Positions 9,298 through 18,815 are shown, counted from the first letter of the stretch. The stretch is DNA of 64,000 nucleotides from a virus (IMGVR_UViG_3300044701_002547:32001-96000), one strand, 5' to 3'. Numbers and translations are program-made. Notes: a model not told the origin generated them from the letters alone.

Positions 9298-12123
9298 ATG
9301 ACTTTTAAATTAGATGCAAAAAAAGAAGTAGCATTAGATTCTCCAGATCATCTTTGTCCCGTTGGGTGTGTGAATGATAATTTTAGTTCGATTGGATTAA
9401 TATCTGAAGTTATACAATATTTTGGTGGAAAAAAAATTTCTGTTCTTGATTTGGGTTGTTCTGGTGGAAAGTTTGTAGTTGATTTTATTGAAAGAGGGCA
9501 TGATGCAATCGGATTGGAGGGAAGTTCTAATTGTTTAACTGGAAGCGGAAAATACAACTGGGACAAATACCACAATACCAATTTGTTTCTTTGTGACATT
9601 ACAGAAGAATATCAGTTGTATGAGAACGATGAGCCTTTAAAATTTGATTACATTCATTCGGAGGAAGTTTTCGAACATATCTCTGTGGATAAGATTGATA
9701 ATATGCTGAAACAGATTAAAAAGCATCTAAAAGAAGATGGAATCTGTTCCTTTGGTATATCTAAAATTCCTCATGAAGTTGTAATTGATGACCAATTATA
9801 CATTCTTCATCAATCAGTTTTTCCTCCAATCTGGTGGAAGAATAAACTTATTCAAAATGGATTTGAAATTTTAGATAATGGGCGCAATGATGAAAATTAT
9901 TTTGGTTATATTTTTAATAATGTAATTAGAACAGATTGTCAGGAAAGTTCTTGTTATTTTTGTTGTAGAATACAAAAAACTCAACAAAAATATAATTCTT
10001 CTGATTTGACTGAACTTCTTCATAATTACATTAATCAACCAGAGAACGCAGAACACAACTTTGATTTAGCAGTTTATTATCATGACATCGGACAGACTGC
10101 TACAGCAGTTTCTTATTATCTCCGTGCGGCAGAAAGAACAGATGATGACCTTCTTAAGTATGAGTGTCTGATTCGTGGTGCTATGTGCTTTGATTCGCAG
10201 GGTACTCGCAACTTTACTGTGAAAGGTTTTCTTCTACACGCTCTTGCGATTTGTCCCAAAAGACCAGAAGCTTATTATCTGATGAGTAAGTTTTATGAAA
10301 AGGAAAATAAAGATGGAAGTTGGAATGAATCTTTCACAATTTCTTCTATAGGATTGAAAGTTGCTGATTTAAATCCATCACCACTGAGAACAGTCGTGAA
10401 TTATCCTGGGGAATATGCGCTTCTTTTTCAGAAAGCAATCAGCAGTTGGTGGTGTGGGTTGTGTGAAGAATCAAGAGATTTACTTTTAGATCTTCTTAAG
10501 AATTATCAGATGGCAGATACTTTCCAACAAAAAGCTATTGATAATCTTAAAAAAATGAATGTTGAAATAGATTTAAATCAGTTATTTAAAAACAAACTTC
10601 CTATGAACATCAATAATAAAAAAATCTCAACTGAAGATTTTGATTGGGGAGTATTATCTGATGAGGAAAAAAATATCATTGGGAAAGAAATATTTCAAGA
10701 TCATATCTATGATAGATTTTTTTCAGTAAAAGAAAATGACATTGTAATGGACATTGGTGCAAATGTTGGAGCATTTTCTTATTCAGTATTAAATAAAAAT
10801 CCAAAACATATTTACTGTATAGAACCTTCTGTCAATTTAATTGACACTATCAAAAATAATTTAAGTGGATTTCCCGTAACTATTATTGATTCTTCAGTTT
10901 CTAGTGAAACTTGTGATTTCAAAGAACCTACTGAAAATGATTACATTCATTTTCATCAAGGATTTTATAAATCAAAAACCTTTAAAGACATTCTTAGGGA
11001 AAATAATATTAATCACATAGATTTTCTAAAAATTGACTGTGAAGGTGGAGAATATGATGTATTTACTGAAGAAAATAAAAATTTTCTCTTGAATAATGTT
11101 AAGTACATCGCAGGTGAGTGGCATTTTACCAGTAATGGTAATTCTATGGAAAAATTTAGAAATTTTATAAATCTTTATTTAAAGGATCATAATAATTATA
11201 AAGTGTTTGAACTGAGTGGTAGAGAAATAACTGATATAATCTTCAATGAAGACTTTCTTGTACCATTTGAACAATGGTATAATGAATATGGTCATGCACA
11301 GTTTATGATTTATATTGAAAATAATATCGAAGATAAAAAAAAAAGTATTCCGGTGATTGGAACGGCGGTTGTAAATAATTGTTATTGGATAAAACGTCTT
11401 TTAGAAAGCGTTGATTATCCAGTTGATAATTTTGTTATTATTAATAATAATGGAAGAGGTCAGCTTGATGAAGAATTAAATAACTTAACCAAGATCACCC
11501 ACAAATATATTAAAAATATTAAAGTTTGTCATATGCCAGCAAACATTGGATGTGGTGGTGCTTGGAATTTAATTATTAAATCTTATATGATGGCACCTTA
11601 TTGGATTATTGTGAGTGATGATGTTGCTTTTTGCCCTGGATTCTTAGAGGAAATGGTTTCCGTTGCCGAATCTGATTCTGAGATTGGAATAATTCACGGA
11701 CACGCTGGAGACTTTGGTGTGGGTAGTTGGGATGTATTCTTAATGAGGGATCATGTCGTTCAAAAGTTTGGATTGTTTGATGAGAATTTATATCCTGCTT
11801 ATTGTGAAGACTCTGATTACATAATGAGATTTCAACATCATTCCATTAAAAAAGTAATGTCCCTGAACTCAAATTATTATCACGGGCACGGGGATAAGAC
11901 TGAATATTATAAAGAGGGATGTCAAACACAAAAAAGTGAACCAGAACTTAAAGAAAAATTAGATCATTCAAATAATTTAAATATAGAATATCTGACAGAA
12001 AAATGGGGACCTGGTTGGAGAATGTGTAGCCCTGAAGATTTACCATTTAAAGGAAAGGAACATTCAATTTCAGAAACAACATATGATTTAAGTTTTGTAA
12101 GAAGAAAACATCTAGGATTTTAA
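9298..12123 (+). CDS. Multidomain protein: SAM methyltransferase, TPR-like region, FkbM methyltransferase, GT2-like domain
   Basis: VLDLGCSGG/EVFEHI; helical PKRPEAYY region; DIGANVGAFS..EP..LKIDCEGGEY; NIGCGGAWN..SDDV..GLFDENLYPAYCEDSDY. Confidence 0.8.
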   Translation: MTFKLDAKKEVALDSPDHLCPVGCVNDNFSSIGLISEVIQYFGGKKISVLDLGCSGGKFVVDFIERGHDAIGLEGSSNCLTGSGKYNWDKYHNTNLFLCDITEEYQLYENDEPLKFDYIHSEEVFEHISVDKIDNMLKQIKKHLKEDGICSFGISKIPHEVVIDDQLYILHQSVFPPIWWKNKLIQNGFEILDNGRNDENYFGYIFNNVIRTDCQESSCYFCCRIQKTQQKYNSSDLTELLHNYINQPENAEHNFDLAVYYHDIGQTATAVSYYLRAAERTDDDLLKYECLIRGAMCFDSQGTRNFTVKGFLLHALAICPKRPEAYYLMSKFYEKENKDGSWNESFTISSIGLKVADLNPSPLRTVVNYPGEYALLFQKAISSWWCGLCEESRDLLLDLLKNYQMADTFQQKAIDNLKKMNVEIDLNQLFKNKLPMNINNKKISTEDFDWGVLSDEEKNIIGKEIFQDHIYDRFFSVKENDIVMDIGANVGAFSYSVLNKNPKHIYCIEPSVNLIDTIKNNLSGFPVTIIDSSVSSETCDFKEPTENDYIHFHQGFYKSKTFKDILRENNINHIDFLKIDCEGGEYDVFTEENKNFLLNNVKYIAGEWHFTSNGNSMEKFRNFINLYLKDHNNYKVFELSGREITDIIFNEDFLVPFEQWYNEYGHAQFMIYIENNIEDKKKSIPVIGTAVVNNCYWIKRLLESVDYPVDNFVIINNNGRGQLDEELNNLTKITHKYIKNIKVCHMPANIGCGGAWNLIIKSYMMAPYWIIVSDDVAFCPGFLEEMVSVAESDSEIGIIHGHAGDFGVGSWDVFLMRDHVVQKFGLFDENLYPAYCEDSDYIMRFQHHSIKKVMSLNSNYYHGHGDKTEYYKEGCQTQKSEPELKEKLDHSNNLNIEYLTEKWGPGWRMCSPEDLPFKGKEHSISETTYDLSFVRRKHLGF

Positions 12124-12124
12124 A

Positions 12125-13543
12125 ATGAATAATTTAATTAATTTTCCTGTCATAAATTGTGTGACACTAGAACAATCTAGTCATAGGCATCAAATTATTT
12201 CACAACAAGTTGAAAAATATAATTTAAATATTAAATTTTGCTATGCTTATGATGGTGTAAATAATTCTTTAAGTGATATCTCTGATGTTTCTAGTCCTTT
12301 TTTGGGTGAGATGAATCGAGGTGAAATCTGTGCGGTTATATCTCACCTTAGGGCTATATCTGAATGGTATACAAATACGGATGAGGAGTATGGATTTTTT
12401 TGTGAGGATGATGTTTTACTAGAACTAAATGAAAAATGGAATTTCACATGGGATGATTTTATTAATCATTTACCTTCTAATTGGGGAATCATACAACTTT
12501 CTTTAATCAGAAACTTTGAAACCGAAACTTCTGATAGTGCAGATAGGTTTATGAAGTTTCATTCGTATGTATGGGATAATTGGTCAGCTTGTTCTTACAT
12601 TGTTTCAAGAAGATATGCAAAACAACTTATTGATTTTCACTGTAAAGGGGAAAATATATTTGATTTAAATCTACCATATTATCCTAATACAGTTCCTTTT
12701 ATTGAAAATGTTTTGTTTAATGCAGACAATAAAGAAACAGTATATACTCTTCCATTGTTTGTAGAAAATACGGAGATTGCGTCCTCTTTTTATCCTAAGT
12801 TTATTGAATCAAATCTTAAGGATAATCAGAAATATTCTTCACATTTAGTTCGTGATTGGTGGGAAAAATATGGAAAATCTAAATCGGTAGAATGGTTTTT
12901 CAGTGAAGATTCGGAAGATCAAGAAGAAACAAACTTTTTATTAGTCAATCCTGGATATGTAAAAACCAGAGGGACTTGTTGGATTGTTGATAATTTTTAT
13001 GAGAATCCAGATCAGATGAGAGAATTTGCTTTAAAACAAGACTATCTTGAAGGTGGTCTTGGAAGAGGATTCATTGGTAGAAGAACTCACCAGCAATTTT
13101 TATTTCCAGGTTTAAAGGAAAGATTTGAAGAAATAATGGGTAAAAAAGTTACGGGATGGGAAGGATATGATATGAATGGTAGATTCCAGGTTGCTTGGGC
13201 TGGAGAACCTTTAGTATGGCATTGTGATAATCAACAATGGGGTGGAATGTTATATCTAACTCCAAATGCTCCTTATCAATGTGGAACAACTTTATATGCT
13301 CATAAACAAACTAGAGCAAGAACTTTTCATGATGAAGGATGGGATGCTGCTTGGAAAGATATTCCTGGAGATCCACATTTAGATGGAACTCCTTGGGAAC
13401 CTGTAGATGTTCTTGGAAATGTCTATAATCGTCTTGTTATTTTTGATGCTAGTGCCATTCATTCTGCTTCAGAGTATTTTGGTACGGTGATGGAGAATGC
13501 GAGATTGTGGCAGATGTTCTTTTTTGATGCTGAACCCGATTGA
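12125..13543 (+). CDS. GT25 glycosyltransferase fused to a C-terminal 2OG-Fe(II) oxygenase (DUF6445-like)
   Basis: GEICAVISHL..I, FCEDDV, IIQLS; then IVDNFYENPD..R, WHCD (HxD), YNRLVIFD...IHSA, RLWQMFFF. Confidence 0.75.
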   Translation: MNNLINFPVINCVTLEQSSHRHQIISQQVEKYNLNIKFCYAYDGVNNSLSDISDVSSPFLGEMNRGEICAVISHLRAISEWYTNTDEEYGFFCEDDVLLELNEKWNFTWDDFINHLPSNWGIIQLSLIRNFETETSDSADRFMKFHSYVWDNWSACSYIVSRRYAKQLIDFHCKGENIFDLNLPYYPNTVPFIENVLFNADNKETVYTLPLFVENTEIASSFYPKFIESNLKDNQKYSSHLVRDWWEKYGKSKSVEWFFSEDSEDQEETNFLLVNPGYVKTRGTCWIVDNFYENPDQMREFALKQDYLEGGLGRGFIGRRTHQQFLFPGLKERFEEIMGKKVTGWEGYDMNGRFQVAWAGEPLVWHCDNQQWGGMLYLTPNAPYQCGTTLYAHKQTRARTFHDEGWDAAWKDIPGDPHLDGTPWEPVDVLGNVYNRLVIFDASAIHSASEYFGTVMENARLWQMFFFDAEPD

Positions 13544-13568
13544 CAGAATCATATAATTCTCTTATAAT
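13540..13568 (+). promoter_or_regulatory. Sigma70-type promoter
   Basis: TTGACA (13540-45), 17-nt spacer, TATAAT (13563-68). Confidence 0.8.
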
Positions 13569-13646
13569 ATCAAAGTCTTCAACTTCTTTGTATCTTTGAG
13601 AATGAAGACCTTCTCTGTGGTGGGAGAAGTGAAATGGTGGTATAAT

Positions 13647-13672
13647 AAGGGGAGAGAAATCTCCTCTTTTTT
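13647..13672 (+). terminator. Rho-independent terminator
   Basis: aaggggaga-gaaa-tctcctctt followed by a T run. Confidence 0.75.
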
Positions 13673-13704
13673 CTTATATAAATTAATATAAAATAACATA
13701 AACT

Positions 13705-13941
13705 ATGAACTTTACTGTATATTCAAAATCAGAGTGCCCTTATTGCTATAAAGTCAAACAAGTATTGGAATTGACAGGAAGCAACTTTGTGGTGTATAAT
13801 TTAGGAGAAGATTTTACTAGAGAAGAATTCACAACAGAATTCGGACCTAACGCAACATTTCCTCAAGTTCTTTGTGAAGACAAGAAACTTGGGGGTTGTA
13901 TAGATACAATTAAATTTTTGAAAGAAAAACAAATTGTCTAA
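13705..13941 (+). CDS. nrdC: Glutaredoxin
   Basis: CPYC active site, TFPQV, LGG. Confidence 0.9.
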   Translation: MNFTVYSKSECPYCYKVKQVLELTGSNFVVYNLGEDFTREEFTTEFGPNATFPQVLCEDKKLGGCIDTIKFLKEKQIV

Positions 13942-15406
13942 AGTAAAGATAAATAATAATGACCACAGAAATCGTGGCATTGAAGTTCTATTATATGGAG
14001 GAAACAGAAAGCAAACCTATCCTTTCCATATCATTTTTGAGAAGATGGTATGCTTTCTAAATCGGGAAGTTACCATTTATTTTGAATTTTCTTTTTCATT
14101 AAGGAAAAAAATAGTTTCCCGGAGAAAAAAAGATGTTAGCAGTTAGTTTAGTTTTCGGTTCATTTTTAATTGTTTTATTTTTTATTCTTGGGATTGTGCT
14201 TGGATGGGTTTCTAGAGAATATATGATGGAGCATCAAGACAAACCAAAACTACACCCAGAGTTTTTTGATCAACATGGTAATGTAATTCCTGATGAAGTG
14301 GTTGCCGTAACCTTTCAAGAAGGATTGTTTGACGATTATGATGATGAAGATGAAGAAGAATAATATTATAAATTAACTTATAGAAAACTTTATTTTTAAT
14401 TTTTATGACTACAAAACCGACTGTGACTAAAAAATCACCAACTACGAAGATTTTAAAAACAACTACACCAAAAACAAAGGCAGCAGTTGAAACAATTCCA
14501 GATCTCCCCACAAATCCTTTTGTGTTTGAAATTTTGAACGCTGTCTGTAAGCAAAGAAGCAATGCTAAAAAAGTAGAGGCTCTCAGAAAATATGACCATC
14601 CTTGTCTAAAAACACTTTTTATTTGGAATTTTGATGAAAGTATTATTTCTATGCTTCCAGTAGGGGATGTTCCTTATGCAAGCGTTGGGGAACAAAATTC
14701 TTTCAGTGGAACTGTTAGTGAGAAGATTACTGATGCCGTTTCTAAAATGGAAGAAATAGGTAGCAATTCTCTTGGATCTCAGGATCAGGGACGTTCTTCA
14801 ATTCGTAAAGAGTATCAAAAATTTTATAATTTTGTAAAAGGTGGCAATGATGGTCTGAGTTCTCTTCGTAGAGAAACAATGTTCATTAATATTCTACAAG
14901 GACTTCATCCACTTGAAGCAGAAATTCTAATTCTTGTTAAAGACAAGAAACTGCAAACAAAATATAAGATTACAAAAGAAATTATTGTTGAAGCATACCC
15001 TGACGTTCAGTGGGGGGGACGATCATAACTATAGTTTGGAGTTTAGATAATGAGAAATAAAACACAAGAAACGTCTGAAAAGACTTTAAAAGAAGAAAAC
15101 CATATGGAATTTTGGACACCAGCGGAAAAAGAATCCTGTAAGTCACGCTACGGTTGTGAAATAATGGTTGAAAATGGTTCTTATGCTGAAGTCTGTACCA
15201 AAGAAGCTCCAAATGATGCTTACATTATCAAATACATGGTAGATGATAAGATTTGTTTTGATCTTACAAGAGGAACAAGAACTCGTTTGTTTGATATGTA
15301 CTGGGATAAGTTTCGTGATAATCTGAAGAGTATTAGTTGGGGTTATGGTAAGCATAATCCTAAGACTTGGGGATATAAATCTCCCGAAAAGAAAAAGCGA
15401 AAGTGA
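13934..15406 (+). CDS. Four hypothetical genes (13934-14146, 14133-14363, 14405-15028, 15050-15406)
   Basis: Closely packed co-oriented ORFs; 14133 has an N-terminal TM helix and acidic tail. Function not recognised. Confidence 0.65.
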
Positions 15407-15488
15407 TTTCCCATATGGGGTAAAAAATTTTCGGGGTAAAAATTCCCTATTAAGATTTTTCAAAAAAGTAGCGAGATGATACAATTTA

Positions 15489-15524
15489 GTATCTATTGCT
15501 ACTTTTTTTATGTTGTGATAGAAT
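15489..15524 (+). promoter_or_regulatory. NtcA-type box overlapping the -35 element of a sigma70 promoter
   Basis: GTA-tctattgc-TAC (15489-15502) fits GTA-N8-TAC. TTGCTA (15496-501), 17 nt, then TG-extended TAGAAT (15519-24). Confidence 0.6.
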
Positions 15525-15533
15525 ATATACTAT

Positions 15534-15630
15534 AACGTTCATCCTACGGGACGGAAGTAAGCCGACGCGGAACGGATCGTTCATTCGCTATTCGCAAATA
15601 GCGAACGCAAACGCCGACTGAAGGAACGCT
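15534..15630 (+). ncRNA. Tandem glutamine riboswitch (glnA / Downstream-peptide family)
   Basis: Two units closed by CGTTC/GAACG (15536-74, 15578-628), P2 hairpins tcc-tacg-gga and ttcgctatt-cgca-aatagcgaa, GGAAGTAAG and CTGAAGGAACGC signature strands; directly upstream of a YRG-motif ORF. Confidence 0.85.
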
Positions 15631-15659
15631 CTTTAACCTAAAAACTAAGGAGAACCCTA

Positions 15660-15791
15660 ATGTCACAAGTCGTATATCGTGGTGTTTCTTATGACACCGA
15701 AGTTCGTCGCCAGCAACAGCAGGCACAACAGCAACCCCAACAGTATAATGAGACTTATCGTGGGGTTAAGTTTGTAAAGGAGGTGAAGTGA
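15660..15791 (+). CDS. DUF4278-like YRG peptide (43 aa), putative glutamine synthetase inactivating factor
   Basis: MSQVVYRGVSYDTEVRRQQQQAQQQPQQYNETYRGVKFVKEVK; two YRGV motifs; AAGGAG RBS at 15647. Below the ORF-track cutoff. Confidence 0.8.
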   Translation: MSQVVYRGVSYDTEVRRQQQQAQQQPQQYNETYRGVKFVKEVK

Positions 15792-15889
15792 TGAAAAAAC
15801 TCAACTTCCTGCAACTTATCAAAGAACAAAAACAAAAAGAAGAGCGTCGTCATTTAGCACAATTAGCACAACTAATCGGAGCAAAATAA
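15791..15889 (+). CDS. Small basic helical peptide (32 aa)
   Basis: MKKLNFLQLIKEQKQKEERRHLAQLAQLIGAK; TGATG coupling to the upstream ORF. Confidence 0.6.
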   Translation: MKKLNFLQLIKEQKQKEERRHLAQLAQLIGAK

Positions 15890-15975
15890 TGGCAAATCTC
15901 ATAGTCTCAATGAGTGCTGGAATCGCTCTTTTGACTATTATTTTATCAATGTATATTCAGTGGCTTTATAAGTGA
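15889..15975 (+). CDS. Small single-TM peptide (28 aa)
   Basis: MANLIVSMSAGIALLTIILSMYIQWLYK; TAATG coupling. Confidence 0.5.
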   Translation: MANLIVSMSAGIALLTIILSMYIQWLYK

Positions 15976-15986
15976 TATTTTTTCCA

Positions 15987-16024
15987 AAGAGAGGATTGAC
16001 AAGTCCTCTCTTTTTTTGTATAAT
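15987..16024 (+). terminator. Terminator hairpin with an embedded sigma70 promoter
   Basis: aaagagagga-ttgacaag-tcctctcttt plus T run; TTGACA (15996) and TATAAT (16019) are 17 nt apart. Confidence 0.75.
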
Positions 16025-16045
16025 CAAAACAGAATATTAATCTAA

Positions 16046-16359
16046 ATGGATAAGGACAAACTTAAATTAATTATTCGGAATATGGAACTGCTCTTGGACG
16101 CACTCAAGGCAGAAGTATATCCAGATACTCAGCAATATAAGTATGATGATATTCGTCCAGAAGAAGTTGATTATGATGAGGTTTTTAACTAATGTCGGTA
16201 AGAGCAAAAAAACTTATAAAATTGCTTGGAAGATTAATTAAGCAAGATCACTTATATTCCGATGAACAATTAAAGGAAATGAAATCACAGTTGCGAATTA
16301 TTAAGGAAGAATTTGCAGAACTAGAAGTAAAAACATCAAAAGGATTTGGTAAAAAATGA
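16046..16359 (+). CDS. Two small hypothetical genes (16046-16192, 48 aa; 16192-16359, 55 aa)
   Basis: Translated by hand: MDKDKLKLIIRNMELLLDALKAEVY... and MSVRAKKLIKLL...SKGFGKK; translationally coupled into thyX. Confidence 0.65.
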
Positions 16360-17111
16360 AACCAATTAAAGCAAAAGACCTTCTTGAACTGGATCGTCAT
16401 ATGAAAGTTGTAATGATTCGTCAGACACAACTTCCTCAGACTCTTGTTTATCAGGCGGGTAAGAACGATTATTCGGAAGATCCCATTCACACCAAAATGA
16501 CTCCTGGTGAAAAAGATTGTGGTAAATGGGTAATTGAACAACTTCTCGCAAATGAAAGAGGTCATTGGGGACCGCTGGAGCATCCTGCCATCTCTCTGGA
16601 CTGTGTTGGATTCGTTCATAATGTGATTGTTCAGGCAAGAACTCACCGTGTTGGAGTATCCTTTGATGTTCAGTCTCAGCGTTATACTGGTCGTCGCGTA
16701 TTGAAGGTTGCTAAGGGAGAACTGAAACCAGAAGAGGTTTATTATGTGCGCCCAGAAGGTCTCTACCTGGACCGTAAAGGGCACAAGTACGAATGGACAA
16801 GGGAAGATTATGAAAGGCAGTTAAAGTTCTGTCTGGCGGCATCTGAGAGGTATGCTGAGGGTTACGAACAGCGTGGTATGGCAGAGGAACATCTTCGTGA
16901 CTACCTTCCTCAGAACATTCGTCAAAACTTTGTGGTCTCATTCTCTCTTCGTGCCGCACTGCACTTCTTAGACCTGAGAGCAAAACTGGATGCTCAAGTA
17001 GAGATTCAGGCACTTTGCGAAGGTATGGTCCCTGTAATGAAAGAATGGGTTCCTGAAATCTTCAGTTACTATGAAGAAAAGCGTCTGCACAAGGCACGTC
17101 TGAGTCCCTGA
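16356..17111 (+). CDS. thyX: FAD-dependent thymidylate synthase
   Basis: GHWGPLEH, QARTHRVGVSFDVQSQRY, LRAALHFLDLR..LDAQ.EI. Confidence 0.95.
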   Translation: MKPIKAKDLLELDRHMKVVMIRQTQLPQTLVYQAGKNDYSEDPIHTKMTPGEKDCGKWVIEQLLANERGHWGPLEHPAISLDCVGFVHNVIVQARTHRVGVSFDVQSQRYTGRRVLKVAKGELKPEEVYYVRPEGLYLDRKGHKYEWTREDYERQLKFCLAASERYAEGYEQRGMAEEHLRDYLPQNIRQNFVVSFSLRAALHFLDLRAKLDAQVEIQALCEGMVPVMKEWVPEIFSYYEEKRLHKARLSP

Positions 17112-17141
17112 TCTAAATAATCTTACATATTATTAAAACTT

Positions 17142-17384
17142 ATGGCAATATATCCAATTATTCATAAAGAAACTGGCGAAAAGAAAGTCGTTGAAATGAG
17201 TGTTAACGACATTATGCAGTGGTATAAAGACAATCCTGAATGGAAAAGAGATTGGTCTGAGGGGTGTGCTACTCCCGGTGAAGTGGGAGATTGGCGCAAT
17301 AAATTAATTTCTAAGCATCCTTCATGGAATCAGGTATTGGACAATGCAAGTAAAGCACCAAAATCAACTGTAAAAAAACTCTAA
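17142..17384 (+). CDS. Hypothetical protein
   Basis: 80-aa ORF after ctaaata, upstream of phoH. Confidence 0.7.
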   Translation: MAIYPIIHKETGEKKVVEMSVNDIMQWYKDNPEWKRDWSEGCATPGEVGDWRNKLISKHPSWNQVLDNASKAPKSTVKKL

Positions 17385-17385
17385 T

Positions 17386-18138
17386 ATGGCAAGAAGAAAA
17401 AGAGCAGAGCAACCAATCGGGGTTGGTCTTACAACTCGTCAAATGAAGCGTAAAAAACCGTTAAGTGCTGAATATCTAGTAGATATTGACCCACTTACCG
17501 AAAATCAAAAGAAACTTTTTAATTCTTATGCCGCCCAAAAGCACTTGGTTGCCTATGGGTGTGCCGGTACGGGTAAAACTTTTATCACTCTTTATAATGC
17601 TCTTCGTGAGGTTTTGGATGAAAGAACACCCTACGAAAAAATCTATCTTGTTCGTTCTTTAGTTGCCACAAGAGAAATTGGATTTCTTCCCGGTTCTTAT
17701 GATGATAAGTCGGACATTTACCAGATTCCTTATAAGAATATGGTGAAGTATATGTTCCAACTTTCAAGTGATGCCGAATTTGAGATGCTTTATGGCAATC
17801 TCAAGGCACAGGAAACCATTAAGTTCTGGAGCACTTCATTCCTCAGAGGAACCACTCTCGATAATTCTATTATTATTGTGGATGAGTTTCAAAATATGTC
17901 ATATCACGAACTAGATTCTATTATCACTCGTGTTGGTGAGAACTCAAAGATTATGTTCTGTGGAGATGCGTCTCAGAGCGACCTTCAGAAAACAAATGAG
18001 CGTAATGGAATCGTTGATTTTATGACCGTATTGCGTAAAATGCCATCATTTGATATAATCGAATTTGGTGTAGATGATATTGTTCGTTCTGGACTTGTCA
18101 AAGAATACATTATTGCAAAACTAGAAGCAGGTTTTTAA
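17386..18138 (+). CDS. phoH: PhoH family ATPase
   Basis: GCAGTGKT Walker A, IGFLPG, FLRGTTL, DEFQN, TRVG, GDASQSDL, DIVRS. Confidence 0.95.
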   Translation: MARRKRAEQPIGVGLTTRQMKRKKPLSAEYLVDIDPLTENQKKLFNSYAAQKHLVAYGCAGTGKTFITLYNALREVLDERTPYEKIYLVRSLVATREIGFLPGSYDDKSDIYQIPYKNMVKYMFQLSSDAEFEMLYGNLKAQETIKFWSTSFLRGTTLDNSIIIVDEFQNMSYHELDSIITRVGENSKIMFCGDASQSDLQKTNERNGIVDFMTVLRKMPSFDIIEFGVDDIVRSGLVKEYIIAKLEAGF

Positions 18139-18815
18139 TGTTTAATCATCTTGATAATGTACTTCCTCAACTTGAAAGAGAAACAATTGATGGAGTCCGA
18201 TATTATTCCGTACCCGATGAAGACCAACTACTCAAGTTGGTCTCTATCACTTCCGTAACCAGTCATTTTAATAAGGAAATCTTTGTTAAGTGGAGAAAAA
18301 AGGTCGGCACAGAAGAGGCTGACCGTATCACCAAAGCAGCAACAAGTCGTGGAACAGACCTACATACTTTAGTTGAGAACTATCTTTATAATAGGGACCT
18401 TCCTCCTGTTCAACCCATATCAGATTTTCTTTTTAAGATTGCTAAATCTAATCTGAATAGGATTGATAATATCTACTGTCTGGAAGGAGCTCTATATAGT
18501 AAACAACTTGGTGTTGCCGGTACTACTGACTGTATTGCCGAGTTTGATGGAGAACTTGCCATCATAGACTTTAAGACTTCTAAAAAACCAAAACCAAGAG
18601 ATTGGATTGAGAATTATTTCGTTCAGGCTATGTTCTATGGAATGGCACTTTACGAGATGACAGATATTAAAGTTAAAAAACTTGTAATTATTATGGCGTG
18701 TGAAAATGGTGAATGTGTTGTTTATGAAGAAAGAGACCTGAACAAATATATGAAGCTTGTTGTGGAATATATTAAAAAGTTTGTGAATGATAAACTTGAA
18801 CTAATGTCTGCTTGA
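18138..18815 (+). CDS. PD-(D/E)XK exonuclease (Cas4/lambda-exo-like)
   Basis: SITSV, RGTDLH, GVAGTTDC, IIDFKTS, YFVQ...Y. Confidence 0.9.
   Translation: MFNHLDNVLPQLERETIDGVRYYSVPDEDQLLKLVSITSVTSHFNKEIFVKWRKKVGTEEADRITKAATSRGTDLHTLVENYLYNRDLPPVQPISDFLFKIAKSNLNRIDNIYCLEGALYSKQLGVAGTTDCIAEFDGELAIIDFKTSKKPKPRDWIENYFVQAMFYGMALYEMTDIKVKKLVIIMACENGECVVYEERDLNKYMKLVVEYIKKFVNDKLELMSA

Noticed and set aside
15544-15726. 60-aa minus-strand ORF
   Set aside because: Antisense to the riboswitch and YRG peptide, which explain the sequence better.
18138-18815. Cas4 as evidence of a CRISPR system
   Set aside because: Standard T4-like cyanophage exonuclease beside phoH; no array or other cas genes.
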